Shown piece after piece: positions 29,900 through 39,848 of a stretch of DNA of 64,000 nt. The stretch comes from Pseudobdellovibrionaceae bacterium (GTDB taxonomy: Bacteria > Bdellovibrionota > Bdellovibrionia > Bdellovibrionales > UBA1609). Numbering within the stretch: position 1 is the first letter of the stretch; every line of letters starts with the position of its first letter. The notes below the pieces were generated by a model, which saw nothing but the letters and a program-made list of their open reading frames with translations, was not told where the DNA came from and did not search any database. Location of the stretch: the NCBI GenBank assembly GCA_018663505.1, contig JABJQG010000065.1:3315-67314 (forward strand). Reading direction: 5' to 3'. A program made the position numbers and the translations under genes.

Positions 29900-31711
29900 A
29901 TGTTTCGTAAAGTTCTATTAATACCTTTGTTTGTGGTGAGTATTTTCAATGTTCAGGCAATAGCAAAGAACTATTCACCAAGTGATACAGAGATGTTTTC
30001 AGTGAATTATGATCGATTTTCTAAGAACGGTAAATTTGCCTGTAATGAATGGTATGGAATGCAAGATGCCTCTGCAGATAATTACCAACTAGTTCGAGAG
30101 TGTTTACAAGACTATGGGCAGAGTTTGTTAGTTGAAGGATCCGGTAGTGAGGCCGATCAACTTGTTACGAGAATGTTAGAGTACTTTAGCTTTGATTTTA
30201 CCACTTCTTTTTTTGGTGAACCAATGGAGAAAAGATATCAGTTTAGGTTTGATGATCGAGTTGAAGGCTTAGCAGAAGGTGTGATTAATGGAGGCGCTTG
30301 TTTAACTAATGCCACATTTGGATTTCCAGACAGACAGTTAAATTCTGCTGAAAAGTTATTACTAAAAGACTATATTAATATGTTTAAATCACAGATAGAT
30401 GTTTATTCAAGATTAGCAGCTGTAATGCATGGAAAAACCTTAGGTAAAGAAATGGGGCTCCTTTTACATATAAGGTCTATTGTTCTCTGTGATCAAAGAT
30501 CACTTTTAGATGGTGCTGACGGTTTACGGGATATGGTGATTACAGATGGTAAGCTTTACTCAAGTCTCTCAATTCACCGTGTAAAGAAGTTTGATTTAGA
30601 TTATTTACTTATTAAGTGGAGAGATGGCGAAGTAATTCGGCATATATTAGAAACAACAGGAATCAAAAAATATGTTCTTGATAATGATATTTTTGTTCCC
30701 CCTGTTGCAATTAAAGATATTCCAGGAACTAAGCTTCTCATGGATTTGTTTACTACCAGTGATTTTAGGTTGGGATTAGCAAGTCCTTCTGATATTAGAA
30801 TGCTAGTTATGAAAGAACAGAGTGATTATATTGGAATTGGATTTGAAAAGCTAGTGCCCTATTGGCCACTATTTGATTATGGAGGTGCCATTCGAACTCA
30901 TTTAAGAAAAAAAATACTTAGAGCCCTTAATAAAGACTTTTTAATTGTAAATGAGAATATATATAATGCTAGAGAAGTAGATGGCCCCAGTGCCGTACAA
31001 GATATCAGAAGTATCCAGTTTGTTAAAATGAGTAAATCAATTAATAACAGAGGTATATCGCAAAAGTTAAGAGATCACTTTAAAAGTCTTCAATATAATG
31101 CAGAAAAAATTGATGAGCTATATTCTCGGTGGTTGAATAATTTAAATTCGTTAAAATATCTAGGCCGAATTTTCAACACTGCAATCACGGATAAATCAAA
31201 AAAAGACACTGGTATTGTCATGGGCCCATCTCGACCTAATTTTAGTTTAACAGCAAGAGATCAGGATTGCGGCATAAATGTTGCGAATATTCATGGGATT
31301 AGAGTAGACGCAGCTTTGTTTTCATCCATGTCAGATGAGGTGGATGTAGATGCTTTTGATGAGAGCCAAGCACAGACTATTGAAGATGCTGCAAAATATT
31401 TTAAAGCACAAGCTCCTGATGCTGAAGTAACAATTGAAGATCGTAATATAATTATAAAGAAGCCTGGGGTTTTACCGTGGGGAGAAGATGAGTATACAAT
31501 ACCCTATAATCCAGAAGCTAATTATAATTTAAATTTGGATGAGCAAATGGGTTTGATATGCGTGAACACCGAAGATCAGATTGATGTGAAAGCTCTCATA
31601 GGAGTTTTAACTCAACGAATGAATAATATTAAAACATCCTCTCTTAAGGCCATGGCATTATTCAAAGTATTAGAAGCTGATTTAGATGCTACACCATCTT
31701 CAAGGCAGTAA
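29900..31711 (+). CDS. Secreted hypothetical protein (603 aa)
   Basis: Signal peptide MFRKVLLIPLFVVSIFNVQA. I recognise no family motif. Confidence 0.5.
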   Translation: MFRKVLLIPLFVVSIFNVQAIAKNYSPSDTEMFSVNYDRFSKNGKFACNEWYGMQDASADNYQLVRECLQDYGQSLLVEGSGSEADQLVTRMLEYFSFDFTTSFFGEPMEKRYQFRFDDRVEGLAEGVINGGACLTNATFGFPDRQLNSAEKLLLKDYINMFKSQIDVYSRLAAVMHGKTLGKEMGLLLHIRSIVLCDQRSLLDGADGLRDMVITDGKLYSSLSIHRVKKFDLDYLLIKWRDGEVIRHILETTGIKKYVLDNDIFVPPVAIKDIPGTKLLMDLFTTSDFRLGLASPSDIRMLVMKEQSDYIGIGFEKLVPYWPLFDYGGAIRTHLRKKILRALNKDFLIVNENIYNAREVDGPSAVQDIRSIQFVKMSKSINNRGISQKLRDHFKSLQYNAEKIDELYSRWLNNLNSLKYLGRIFNTAITDKSKKDTGIVMGPSRPNFSLTARDQDCGINVANIHGIRVDAALFSSMSDEVDVDAFDESQAQTIEDAAKYFKAQAPDAEVTIEDRNIIIKKPGVLPWGEDEYTIPYNPEANYNLNLDEQMGLICVNTEDQIDVKALIGVLTQRMNNIKTSSLKAMALFKVLEADLDATPSSRQ

Positions 31712-31823
31712 TTAAAGTGTTGATTAAATTGACGTTTAACTCGTTAATATACCTATAAACGAGAGCTTCTGTTGATTATTTCATTAAAACTAAAGTCTAG
31801 TATAAAGTTGCCGATAACTATTT

Positions 31824-32951
31824 GTGATTATACTAGAAATATCAATTTTAAGTTTAAGAAAATGGCGAACTTTTTTACAGTTTGTTTTAAGCTCTCTTTT
31901 TTTTATGGGTTGTGCAGGTCCCACCTCGCCTTTTGGAGCTATGGATACTTTGAGTTCCATAGAAGAAACTCTGCAAGAGAATCTGAGCCATTTATTACCT
32001 TCTGAGAAAAAATACTCTAAACCTCAGTTTAAAATTAGTCCTGATTTTCAGGTGTTGCATAAAAAGAGCCCTCTTGTTCTCACAATAAATGACCCACAAG
32101 GAATTCCAGATGATTTTCATTTAAGGGTATATTTTAACGGCTATGAGATCACCAGTGAATTCTATAATAATTCTGAAATTAGTTTTAACTTAAGTAATAC
32201 AGAAGTTACTTTTGAACATTCTACCCTTCGTTTTTTGGCGGGCAAGGATAGTTTACTCCAGTTTTCTTATGAGCGAACAGAAGGAGCGGGAGAGTTTATT
32301 ACTAATTACTCAAAGCCTCCTTGTGATGTGTTTGCTCAAAACCAAATATTAACTACAAAGCCATTTCGGGTAAAACAATTATTAATTGATGAAATTGAGG
32401 TACACGCATCTAGGTCATCTATCAACCCATCTTTGGTTGCCGGGCTTATTGCTCAAGAGTCGGGTTTTAACCCCAGAGCAGTAAGTTGGTCCAAAGCTGT
32501 GGGACTTACACAGGTGACTCCAATAGCAAATAAAGAAATTATTGATGAGTTTTCTGAATGGCCTCAGTCAGAGCAGATATCGAGATTACCCGCAGCAGCC
32601 TTAAAATATGAGATCCGTAAAGGAAATATTACAGCAGATGAAGATTGGCGTTTAGAGAGTTCTAAATCCATTCAAGGTGGGGTGAAGTACCTTGAATATT
32701 TAGTGGGGTATTGGGGGAAAAAACAAAAAAAGAAAGATTTGTTAAGTGTTTATCCTAAGCATGAGACACCCCTTACAGATGTAATTCTATCTAGTTATAA
32801 CTCTGGTGCATCGAGAGTCAATTATGCTTTACGTAGTATGGGTAGGTCATATTTAAAGTCGGATCAGCTTAATGAAGCTCGTTATTATGTGGATAGAGTT
32901 AAAAGTTATTGTTACCATTTTTCAAGCACAGATAAACAGGAGAGCTTATGA
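31824..32951 (+). CDS. Lipoprotein lytic transglycosylase (SLT domain)
   Basis: Lipobox LFFMGC after RKWR plus a hydrophobic stretch. SLT catalytic region VAGLIAQESGFNPRAVSWSKAVGLTQVTP ... SSYNSGASRV. The start (GTG 31824) is uncertain. Confidence 0.8.
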   Translation: MIILEISILSLRKWRTFLQFVLSSLFFMGCAGPTSPFGAMDTLSSIEETLQENLSHLLPSEKKYSKPQFKISPDFQVLHKKSPLVLTINDPQGIPDDFHLRVYFNGYEITSEFYNNSEISFNLSNTEVTFEHSTLRFLAGKDSLLQFSYERTEGAGEFITNYSKPPCDVFAQNQILTTKPFRVKQLLIDEIEVHASRSSINPSLVAGLIAQESGFNPRAVSWSKAVGLTQVTPIANKEIIDEFSEWPQSEQISRLPAAALKYEIRKGNITADEDWRLESSKSIQGGVKYLEYLVGYWGKKQKKKDLLSVYPKHETPLTDVILSSYNSGASRVNYALRSMGRSYLKSDQLNEARYYVDRVKSYCYHFSSTDKQESL

Positions 32952-33673
32952 GGAGACTCCCTATAGAAAGTTATGTGATGATGTTTTTTCTTTTGGCCAT
33001 CGTTTTGTCTTTTCCTCTCCAGATAGTATATATATATGGATTTGAATCTAGTGAGTTTTTTAAAACATTTTCTATGTTAACAAAGTTTAACTACTTAATT
33101 ATGGCGGCTTTAATAGTAGCTATTTTTGCTTGGAAAAGTGTAAGTCGTAGTTTATTTGTGGTAACACCGATTATCATAGCCTTAGTAGCAGTAAATAATT
33201 ATTTTGTGGGTACTGTTGGATATGATTACTCTTTTACAATGACGAGCGTGGCAACACTAGGGTTTGTAAGCCTACACATTAGTTTATTAAGACCAAATAT
33301 AAGACTTCTTTTGCGAAGTCCAGAGAAAAGGTGGTGGTTACAAAGTCCAAGAAAGAGAGTTAATGTGCCTTTAGAGGTATATTCCCTTAGGGACGCTAGA
33401 AAGAAAAGTTTTGTAGCAAAAGACATTTCTGAAACGGGGGCTTTGATTAGTACAGATGAAGATTTTTCGGATGAAAATTCTTTGGTGGAAGGGGATATGT
33501 TAGATCTTCGAATATCACTAGGGCAGTTAAGAAATATGACATGCCAAGCTCGGGTAGTAAGAAAAGCTGGAGAAGTAAAAGAAGGTGATAGCTGTTACGG
33601 TGTGGAATTTGTGAATATGGATGGAATTAAGACTCGTAATATGAAAAAATTCTTTAAACATCTAGATGTTTAA
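32948..33673 (+). CDS. Membrane-anchored PilZ-domain (c-di-GMP binding) protein
   Basis: About 4 N-terminal TM helices. PilZ motifs: SPEKRWWLQSPRKR (RxxxR) and DISETGALI (DxSxxG). ATGA overlap with the upstream gene. Confidence 0.75.
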   Translation: MRRLPIESYVMMFFLLAIVLSFPLQIVYIYGFESSEFFKTFSMLTKFNYLIMAALIVAIFAWKSVSRSLFVVTPIIIALVAVNNYFVGTVGYDYSFTMTSVATLGFVSLHISLLRPNIRLLLRSPEKRWWLQSPRKRVNVPLEVYSLRDARKKSFVAKDISETGALISTDEDFSDENSLVEGDMLDLRISLGQLRNMTCQARVVRKAGEVKEGDSCYGVEFVNMDGIKTRNMKKFFKHLDV

Positions 33674-33688
33674 TAGTAGATAATAAGG

Positions 33689-33719
33689 GGAGGATAACAA
33701 GTACATGTTGTTATTCTCC
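33689..33719. terminator. Hairpin between convergent genes (candidate bidirectional terminator)
   Basis: GGAGGATAACAA-gtacatg-TTGTTATTCTCC: a 12-bp stem with one G:T, with only modest T/A-rich flanks. Confidence 0.35.
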
Positions 33720-33726
33720 TAGATAT

Positions 33727-34101
33727 TTATTTCCAAAAATCATTATAATCAGATAATTTTATCTTTTGATTTTCTGAGAGATGAGATCTGACAAAGTTTT
33801 TTTGTTTTGAAGTTTGATCACCAATAGAAAAATCGTAAAAAAAACAGGTTTCTAATGCTGAATTTATTTCTGGTTCAGTTTTGACATTATATTTTTCTAT
33901 AAATGTAAATATGATTTTAGCTTTTTCAAATTCATCATTATTAATGAGTTTTTCAACATGATTTCGAACTGTACCAGCAAGTATTGAAAAATTTTGTATA
34001 TCATCGGGATCTAGTTCATTGAAAACATTAGGTAATAGTTTTTTGATATCATTATGAAAATCAGAGGCGCATTTCTTTTTGATTAGGGTGAAGTTTGTCA
34101 T
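33727..34101 (-). CDS. Hypothetical cytoplasmic protein (124 aa)
   Basis: ORF only; no recognisable motif; very AT-rich. Confidence 0.4.
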   Translation of the reverse strand: MTNFTLIKKKCASDFHNDIKKLLPNVFNELDPDDIQNFSILAGTVRNHVEKLINNDEFEKAKIIFTFIEKYNVKTEPEINSALETCFFYDFSIGDQTSKQKNFVRSHLSENQKIKLSDYNDFWK

Positions 34102-34366
34102 AAGTTATTACTATTCAACTTTATTAGCTTTGAAAAGTCAAAGGATGTGCATTGTAAAATCAACTTGATGTGTGAGAAAAAGGTGCCAGGCACAACTAAA
34201 CTTATAAATATCGAATTTTTTGGTGATATTTCTTCTAAAATAGGAAATGTTTACATTTTGAACATATATTTTACTCAAAGTAACAAAGTTTTAGTAAATT
34301 ACATTCCGAAATGAATTAATGAATGTCGTTGAATGAAAGCTGTTGATTAACAAAATGAGGAATATT

Positions 34367-34987
34367 ATGAAAGCATTAATTGGGGTGATATTATTATCAT
34401 CATTACTATCTTTTGCACAAGATAGTGTTGAAAAACTAATTACAGTTGAAATGGGAGATTATGAAAAATCAAATTGGTCACTTCCTTTTGAGAAAACAAG
34501 CAGTTTCAATATATACATTGGTAATAGAGTCCTTAGTGGAGCTGTGGGGTCTTACCATGTGATTGAAGTTTTTGAGATATTAGAGAATAATAAATCCTTT
34601 AAAGGTGATGTTGTGGCTGTTGATAACAACAAGGTTGTTCAAATTGGAGACTCAATCGTTGTAAACACCAAAGGTCGAATGGTTGTGCCAGAATCCTGTT
34701 ATACGAAATCAGATTTTGCACTTTGTTCAGGAGTAACCTTAGTAAATAAGTCTGGAAGAAATATATATTTAAAAAATGTTTTTGCTAATGGAATTGCAAT
34801 TATTGAGTTAGATAGGAAAAACACTGGTAAACCCACAGTTGAATATTTTCATTTGGATAATTTAGAAGTAGTTTCTCAAAGTTATGTGGAAAGACTTTAT
34901 TATGTCAATGAAGATATGGATCTTCAGTTTGAACGTTTTATAAGTATGGATAAATCAAAAACTTGGAGTCGTAATACTAGAAGGTAG
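34367..34987 (+). CDS. Secreted hypothetical protein
   Basis: Signal peptide MKALIGVILLSSLLSFAQ from ATG 34367 (GAGGAA upstream). No family assignment. Confidence 0.45.
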   Translation: MKALIGVILLSSLLSFAQDSVEKLITVEMGDYEKSNWSLPFEKTSSFNIYIGNRVLSGAVGSYHVIEVFEILENNKSFKGDVVAVDNNKVVQIGDSIVVNTKGRMVVPESCYTKSDFALCSGVTLVNKSGRNIYLKNVFANGIAIIELDRKNTGKPTVEYFHLDNLEVVSQSYVERLYYVNEDMDLQFERFISMDKSKTWSRNTRR

Positions 34988-35326
34988 TTCTACAAACCTG
35001 AAGAGTTTGACCATTAGATTTTAATAGTTAGGCTTTCCTTGGTTATCCATAATAGGTGTCATAGTGTGCCTCAAGTATACTTCATTTACTTATATGTGCT
35101 TGTTGTCCATTGACCATAACGTTGTTAGTAAACCTAATCTACAACCTAGATGACTTAAAGTAAGCCAAAGTGGAAATATGGCTACTAACAAGACTCGATG
35201 GTTAAACTTTGAACGATAGATTTATTATCAGCTTAAATACGTTAAGGTATTAGGGTTGAGAGTGTCGCCCTACGTGAGGAGACCTAATCGACATGGTGCA
35301 TCCGCAAAAGATGCCTGGCACTTAAA

Positions 35327-35403
35327 TGGTGATCGCGACACGATTCGAACGTGTGACCGTCTGCTTAGAAGGCAGATGCTCTATCCAGCTGAGCTACGCG
35401 ACC
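35327..35403 (-). tRNA. tRNA-Arg (anticodon UCU), CCA encoded
   Basis: The reverse complement is GGTCGCGTAGCTCAGCTGGATAGAGCATCTGCCTTCTAAGCAGACGGTCACACGTTCGAATCGTGTCGCGATCACCA. It has a 7-bp acceptor stem (one G:U), D arm GCTC/GAGC, anticodon stem TCTGC/GCAGA with loop CTTCTAA, T arm ACACG-TTCGAAT-CGTGT and discriminator A. Confidence 0.95.
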
Positions 35404-35464
35404 ATGAGAAATTTGATCTCTATTTCTACTGTAAAAATGAAGTCCTGTCAAAAAATACATGGAG

Positions 35465-36817
35465 TTAAGGGCGATCTTTGCAAAGTATTAGCATACCTGC
35501 GCCGATTAACCCTGCAATGAGTGATGCCACTAGGATGGCTGTTTTTGAATAGATCTCAAGACTAGCATCCCCGTTGAGTGCTAGGTTGCTTACAAAGAGA
35601 GCCATTGTAAAGCCAATACCTGCAAGAAAGCCCACTGCTGCCATTTGGTACCAGGAAACTCCCTTAGGTAAAACGGCTATGTTTAGTTTTACAGAGATAA
35701 ATGCAGCTATTAGAACTCCAATTGGTTTTCCTAAAACCAAGCCTAAAATAATACCAATTGAAATATTGTTTGTGGCAAAATCAGCAATAGTAATGCCCTC
35801 AATATGAACGCCGGCATTAACTAGTGCAAAAATGGGCATAATAAAGTAACTCACCCAGGGGTGAAGGAAGTGAATCCATGTATCTAAGGGAGAGTGAGAG
35901 TCGTGAATCAAGGTGGAAATTTTATCTAATCGGCATTTGGTATCGTCAGAAAGTTGCTGGGTGCCTGCCCCTTCTGATTTTTTTAAATCCTTAGCCAGGT
36001 CCGTCGCTAAACTATCGATTTCATTAAGGGCCTCTTTTTCATCCATAAATGGATTTGTAGGGGTCAAGAGCCCAAGGATTACCCCAGCAATAGTGGCATG
36101 GATCCCACTTTTTAGAACAGCAAACCAAATTACGATTCCTAAAATAATATAGACCAAAAACTTTCTTATACCAGAAAATTTTAGTAAAGATATGACCCCA
36201 AAGCCAATGGCAGCAAAACCTAAAGCATTACGAGCAATCTCATCTGTATAGAAAAAAGCGATGACTAAAACTGCACCCAAATCGTCTACGATAGCCAAAG
36301 CAAGTAAGAAGATTTTAAGAGCAAATGGAACTTTACGACTGAACAGGGTAAGGATACCAACGGCAAATGCGATATCGGTGGCCATGGGGATTCCCCAGCC
36401 ATGTTGGCCCAATTCACCATTATTAAAAATAGCATAAAAACCTGCGGGAACTAGCATTCCACCAAGAGCTGCAAACATAGGAAGCGCAGCTTTTTTAGGA
36501 GAAGAAAGCTCTCCTAGAAATAACTCTCTTTTAATTTCTAAGCCGACCACAAAGAAGAAGATAACCATAAGGCCGTCGTTCACCCAATGTTGAAGAGATT
36601 TTTCGATAAAGAAATCAGCAATTTTAAGACCCAAAGGAGCATGAATGAAGTGCTCGTAGCTGAGGTAATATGGCGAATTAGCCCACACCATAGCTACAAC
36701 AGTTGTGAACATAAGCACAAGCCCACCGGCACTCTCAGTGGCAAGGAATTTCTCAACAGGTGTGATAATGGTTCTTACAACTTTTTTGGCTTGTGCTTTG
36801 GCTTTGGTTTTAATCAA
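35465..36817 (-). CDS. nhaA: Na+/H+ antiporter NhaA
   Basis: 450 aa polytopic protein; LALAIVDDLGAVLVIAFFYT motif typical of NhaA. Confidence 0.92.
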   Translation of the reverse strand: MIKTKAKAQAKKVVRTIITPVEKFLATESAGGLVLMFTTVVAMVWANSPYYLSYEHFIHAPLGLKIADFFIEKSLQHWVNDGLMVIFFFVVGLEIKRELFLGELSSPKKAALPMFAALGGMLVPAGFYAIFNNGELGQHGWGIPMATDIAFAVGILTLFSRKVPFALKIFLLALAIVDDLGAVLVIAFFYTDEIARNALGFAAIGFGVISLLKFSGIRKFLVYIILGIVIWFAVLKSGIHATIAGVILGLLTPTNPFMDEKEALNEIDSLATDLAKDLKKSEGAGTQQLSDDTKCRLDKISTLIHDSHSPLDTWIHFLHPWVSYFIMPIFALVNAGVHIEGITIADFATNNISIGIILGLVLGKPIGVLIAAFISVKLNIAVLPKGVSWYQMAAVGFLAGIGFTMALFVSNLALNGDASLEIYSKTAILVASLIAGLIGAGMLILCKDRP

Positions 36818-36844
36818 CTAGTCCCCCAATTTCATAAATTTAGA

Positions 36845-37561
36845 CTATGATTTATACGCCTCTGGGTTGATGGATTCAACCCATTTACGATAGTTGGCAT
36901 CGATTTCTTTAATTTCTGCAGGGGGTTGAACTGGTCCCACATGAATGGTGAGCTTTCCAGGGCGTGGCAAGGAACCTTTGGGCATAAGGTGTTGATTGCC
37001 CTCTAGGTATAAAAATAATATTGGAGTTTGGGTGCGTTGGGCAAAAATGCTGACACCTTTTTTGAACGGGTAAATATATCCATCTTGAGAGCGGGATCCT
37101 TCGGGGAAAATTATAAGCCAAATGCGGTCAAGCCCGCTGAGTAAGCTGTTGCACAACTTTATAGCTTCACCTTTTTTATCTTTACGATCTATGGGGATAG
37201 CTCCTAAGCAGTGCTTGGAAAAAAAGATAAATAGCGGGTTGGTGAACCAGTAGTCCTTTGCAGCAGCAATATATAAATCAAGCCAGTACTGAAATGGGAT
37301 AGCAGCAGCAATTGATACCGCATCAATATGACTGGCGTGATTTGAAATAACTAGTAATCTGGGATTTTCTTTATAAATTTCGTGGAAGCTGCCCTTTACA
37401 GTGAGGCGAATGTAAAAGCGAAATGTAACTTTTAAAAACAAAGCCCAGAGAACGCGAAAAATCCAACTGGTAAAGTCAAACTGTCGTGTAAATAATGGCA
37501 AGTGCTTTAAGTGCCCAGGTAAATTTGTCCACTGATCATTTTCATAGTCCCAGCTTTTCAT
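36845..37561 (-). CDS. plsC: 1-acyl-sn-glycerol-3-phosphate acyltransferase family protein
   Basis: HX4D motif (SNHASHIDA) and FPEGSRS motif. Confidence 0.85.
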   Translation of the reverse strand: MKSWDYENDQWTNLPGHLKHLPLFTRQFDFTSWIFRVLWALFLKVTFRFYIRLTVKGSFHEIYKENPRLLVISNHASHIDAVSIAAAIPFQYWLDLYIAAAKDYWFTNPLFIFFSKHCLGAIPIDRKDKKGEAIKLCNSLLSGLDRIWLIIFPEGSRSQDGYIYPFKKGVSIFAQRTQTPILFLYLEGNQHLMPKGSLPRPGKLTIHVGPVQPPAEIKEIDANYRKWVESINPEAYKS

Positions 37562-37564
37562 GTT

Positions 37565-38485
37565 TTAAAAAGTCCTGTTTATGTAGATGTATGCATAATA
37601 AAAAACAGGGGCTGTAAAAATGAGTTTATCTATACGGTCCACCATGTCGCCACGGCCAATAATGAAAACACCAGTGTCTTTAAGGCCGAGGTCGCGACGG
37701 ATGACGGAAATAAATAAACTTCCGAATCGACCAACCAGGGAGCAAATAAGCCCTGCAGCTATCCAATAGGGCTCCGTACGAATGGGGAGTAGATGTCTCA
37801 TGGCCCAGGCTAGTACCAAGGTGAAGAATACAGAGGCTAAAAGTCCTTCTAGGCTCACTCGATTAGATATTTTTGTAAAAAACTTATGTTTAGACCAGAG
37901 GTAATTAACAGTGATTGAGACATTCTCTGCAATTTCTGAAAGTAGGTAGATGTAGATGACAATATAGATGCCTTTCTCGAAATCTAAAATTTTACCTAAG
38001 TGTAAAAGTGACCAACCAAAAAAGATAACTGCCATTAATGAGAGTGCTATATACTGCACCATTCGTTTTGCCGAATTTCGAATTAAGGGGATTATAGAAG
38101 CTAGTCCTAAAAAAATCATAGGTAAGAGGTCGTAGATGGCAAAAACTTGATAATGGATGCTTACCCCAAACAAAGCTATAAACACATAACTTACCCAGAC
38201 GAACCATCCACGATGGTACATACCCACCATCTGAAAGAATATTTTTGCGGCATAAATACCTACAATTGTAAGTAAAATTATTGGCCAGGGTTTTGTAAAA
38301 CCAAAAAATAAAAGTATAATTGGAGTCATGAAGATCCAGCTTTTTAAACTCTCCCAGGAAGCTTTGAATAATGTATTTTTTTTCCTTAAGAAAAATACGA
38401 TGCCACTTAGGCCAAAAAGAAAAATTAAAATCAGCGCCGCTGTTTCTCGATAAAGTGGATCTGACCATAAATGAGCTGAATTCAT
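37565..38485 (-). CDS. cdsA: Phosphatidate cytidylyltransferase (CdsA) family membrane protein with a variant signature
   Basis: 8-9 TM helices. C-terminal CTP-transferase-like signature SVIRRDLGLKDTGVFIIGRGDMVDRID; the canonical motif has PGHGG at the IGRGD position. Confidence 0.65.
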   Translation of the reverse strand: MNSAHLWSDPLYRETAALILIFLFGLSGIVFFLRKKNTLFKASWESLKSWIFMTPIILLFFGFTKPWPIILLTIVGIYAAKIFFQMVGMYHRGWFVWVSYVFIALFGVSIHYQVFAIYDLLPMIFLGLASIIPLIRNSAKRMVQYIALSLMAVIFFGWSLLHLGKILDFEKGIYIVIYIYLLSEIAENVSITVNYLWSKHKFFTKISNRVSLEGLLASVFFTLVLAWAMRHLLPIRTEPYWIAAGLICSLVGRFGSLFISVIRRDLGLKDTGVFIIGRGDMVDRIDKLIFTAPVFYYAYIYINRTF

Positions 38486-38501
38486 ATTTTCCCCTAAAAT
38501 A

Positions 38502-39848
38502 CTAATGAACGTTTAAACTGTAATCTTTGATTTTTTTATATAGGTTAGATCTTGATACTTGTAAAGTGTCACATACAATTTGCATGTCATTTGAGAAGCG
38601 ATTGAGGTATTTTTGCAAGATTTTAGCTTCAAATTGGGTCATTATATCAGATAAGCTCATATCGGTGAGGTTTTCTGAGAGGTTTTGATCTAAATCTAAG
38701 TTAAAAGGCTTCTCTGGAAGTAACTTTTTTATATCATCTATCCGGATAAAGGGAAGTGGAGCCTGGAGAAGTAGTTGTTCACATACTCGTTTCAGCTCTC
38801 TAATGTTGCCAGGCCAGTGGTGAAGGAGGAGCGAGCTAATGGCATCAGGTGTAAAACTTTTCTTACGAGCCTTATCATTGGCTAAAAAATAATTAGCTAG
38901 TTCTTCAATATCTTCACGGCGTTCTCTAAGGGGAGGCAGAGTAATTTTTTGGTGATTGAGTCGCCATAACAAATCTTCTCTGAACTCACCTTTTTCAACC
39001 ATATCTTCTAAATTCCGGTTGGTTGCAACAATAATTCTTGTTTTCACCTTTGTGCAAGTGTTAGCGCCAACTCTACGAACTTCACCACTTTCTAAAAAGC
39101 GTAAAAGTTTTACTTGTAGAGGAAGACTCAGGGCTTCTATTTCATCAATAAATAAATCGCCACCGTGAGCGGCCTCAGCTAGCCCAATTTTGGTTTGATT
39201 TGCGCCAGTGAAAGCCCCACGAACGTGGCCAAAAAACTCAGATTCAAATAGGCTATCGGGGATGGCGGCAATATTTACACGAATAAAAATATCAGATGGA
39301 CCATTGATATGAATTAGGTTTGCCGCAACTTCTTTTCCAGTTCCTGTTTCGCCCTCAATGAGAATGGGTCCTTTTTCACCAGTAAAGTTGGCAATTTGTG
39401 CTTTCACATTCTGAGATAATTTTCCGCTGCCAATCCAGGTTGAGGATTCTGTAAATTGAGAGTGTTTAAGGTTCTTCATTAGGTGAAGGGATTCAATTTT
39501 GTCCAGTGTAAGTAGGACTTCCTCTTTGGAAAGAGGTTTAGCTAAAAAACGACTAGCTCCTGCTTTAAGGCAGTTCTCCATAAGGTCTTTATCTAGGTTA
39601 CCACTCATTGCAACCACTTCAATATGTGGGTTTTCTTGAACAATTTTAGGAATAAGCTCTAAACCTTCTGCTTGTTCTAAATTGCCAGTGAGGTGCATAT
39701 CTACAAATGCAGCATGAAATATACGATCTTCTGGAAGGTTATTGGGGTTGGATATATAAACTAAATTCCAACCATCTGGTAAGATTAAATCAATGGAGTT
39801 TGCAACAAGGCTGTCGTCATCGACAATGAGTAAGTTAAGTGTAGACAT
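38502..39848 (-). CDS. Sigma-54-dependent response regulator (NtrC family: REC + AAA+ + Fis-type HTH)
   Basis: REC domain (LLIVDDD...FVDMHL). Walker A GETGTGKE. ESEFFGHVRGAFTGA (GAFTGA loop). C-terminal HTH (VCDTLQVSRSNLYKKIK). ATG 39848 has GAAAGGA upstream. Confidence 0.9.
   Translation of the reverse strand: MSTLNLLIVDDDSLVANSIDLILPDGWNLVYISNPNNLPEDRIFHAAFVDMHLTGNLEQAEGLELIPKIVQENPHIEVVAMSGNLDKDLMENCLKAGASRFLAKPLSKEEVLLTLDKIESLHLMKNLKHSQFTESSTWIGSGKLSQNVKAQIANFTGEKGPILIEGETGTGKEVAANLIHINGPSDIFIRVNIAAIPDSLFESEFFGHVRGAFTGANQTKIGLAEAAHGGDLFIDEIEALSLPLQVKLLRFLESGEVRRVGANTCTKVKTRIIVATNRNLEDMVEKGEFREDLLWRLNHQKITLPPLRERREDIEELANYFLANDKARKKSFTPDAISSLLLHHWPGNIRELKRVCEQLLLQAPLPFIRIDDIKKLLPEKPFNLDLDQNLSENLTDMSLSDIMTQFEAKILQKYLNRFSNDMQIVCDTLQVSRSNLYKKIKDYSLNVH

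Noticed and set aside
31862-31915. An out-of-frame ATG (31862) upstream of a T8 run. With one fewer T it would give MANFFTVCFKLSFFMGC, so this could be a slippage-controlled lipoprotein start for the lytic transglycosylase.
   Set aside because: The existing frame from GTG 31824 already gives a better lipoprotein signal (RKWR n-region, hydrophobic core, FMGC lipobox). The alternative peptide lacks a positively charged n-region, so no frameshift is needed.
33689-33719. The hairpin stem contains AGGATAAC, the same octamer as the tandem array at 17.9 kb, suggesting a possible shared motif.
   Set aside because: A single 8-mer match is expected by chance in 2 x 64 kb. No flanking similarity was seen.
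35312-35330. A sigma-54-like TGGCAC-N5-TGGT next to the tRNA, and a similar TGGCAC-N5-TTCTC on the minus strand near 34170-34186.
   Set aside because: The -12 element lacks the critical GC of TTGC at the correct spacing, and neither site is sensibly placed upstream of a gene.
37992-38468. A 158-aa alternative-frame ORF on the same strand inside the cdsA-like gene.
   Set aside because: The main frame gives a coherent polytopic CdsA-family protein with the signature motif, whereas the alternative frame has no recognisable features.
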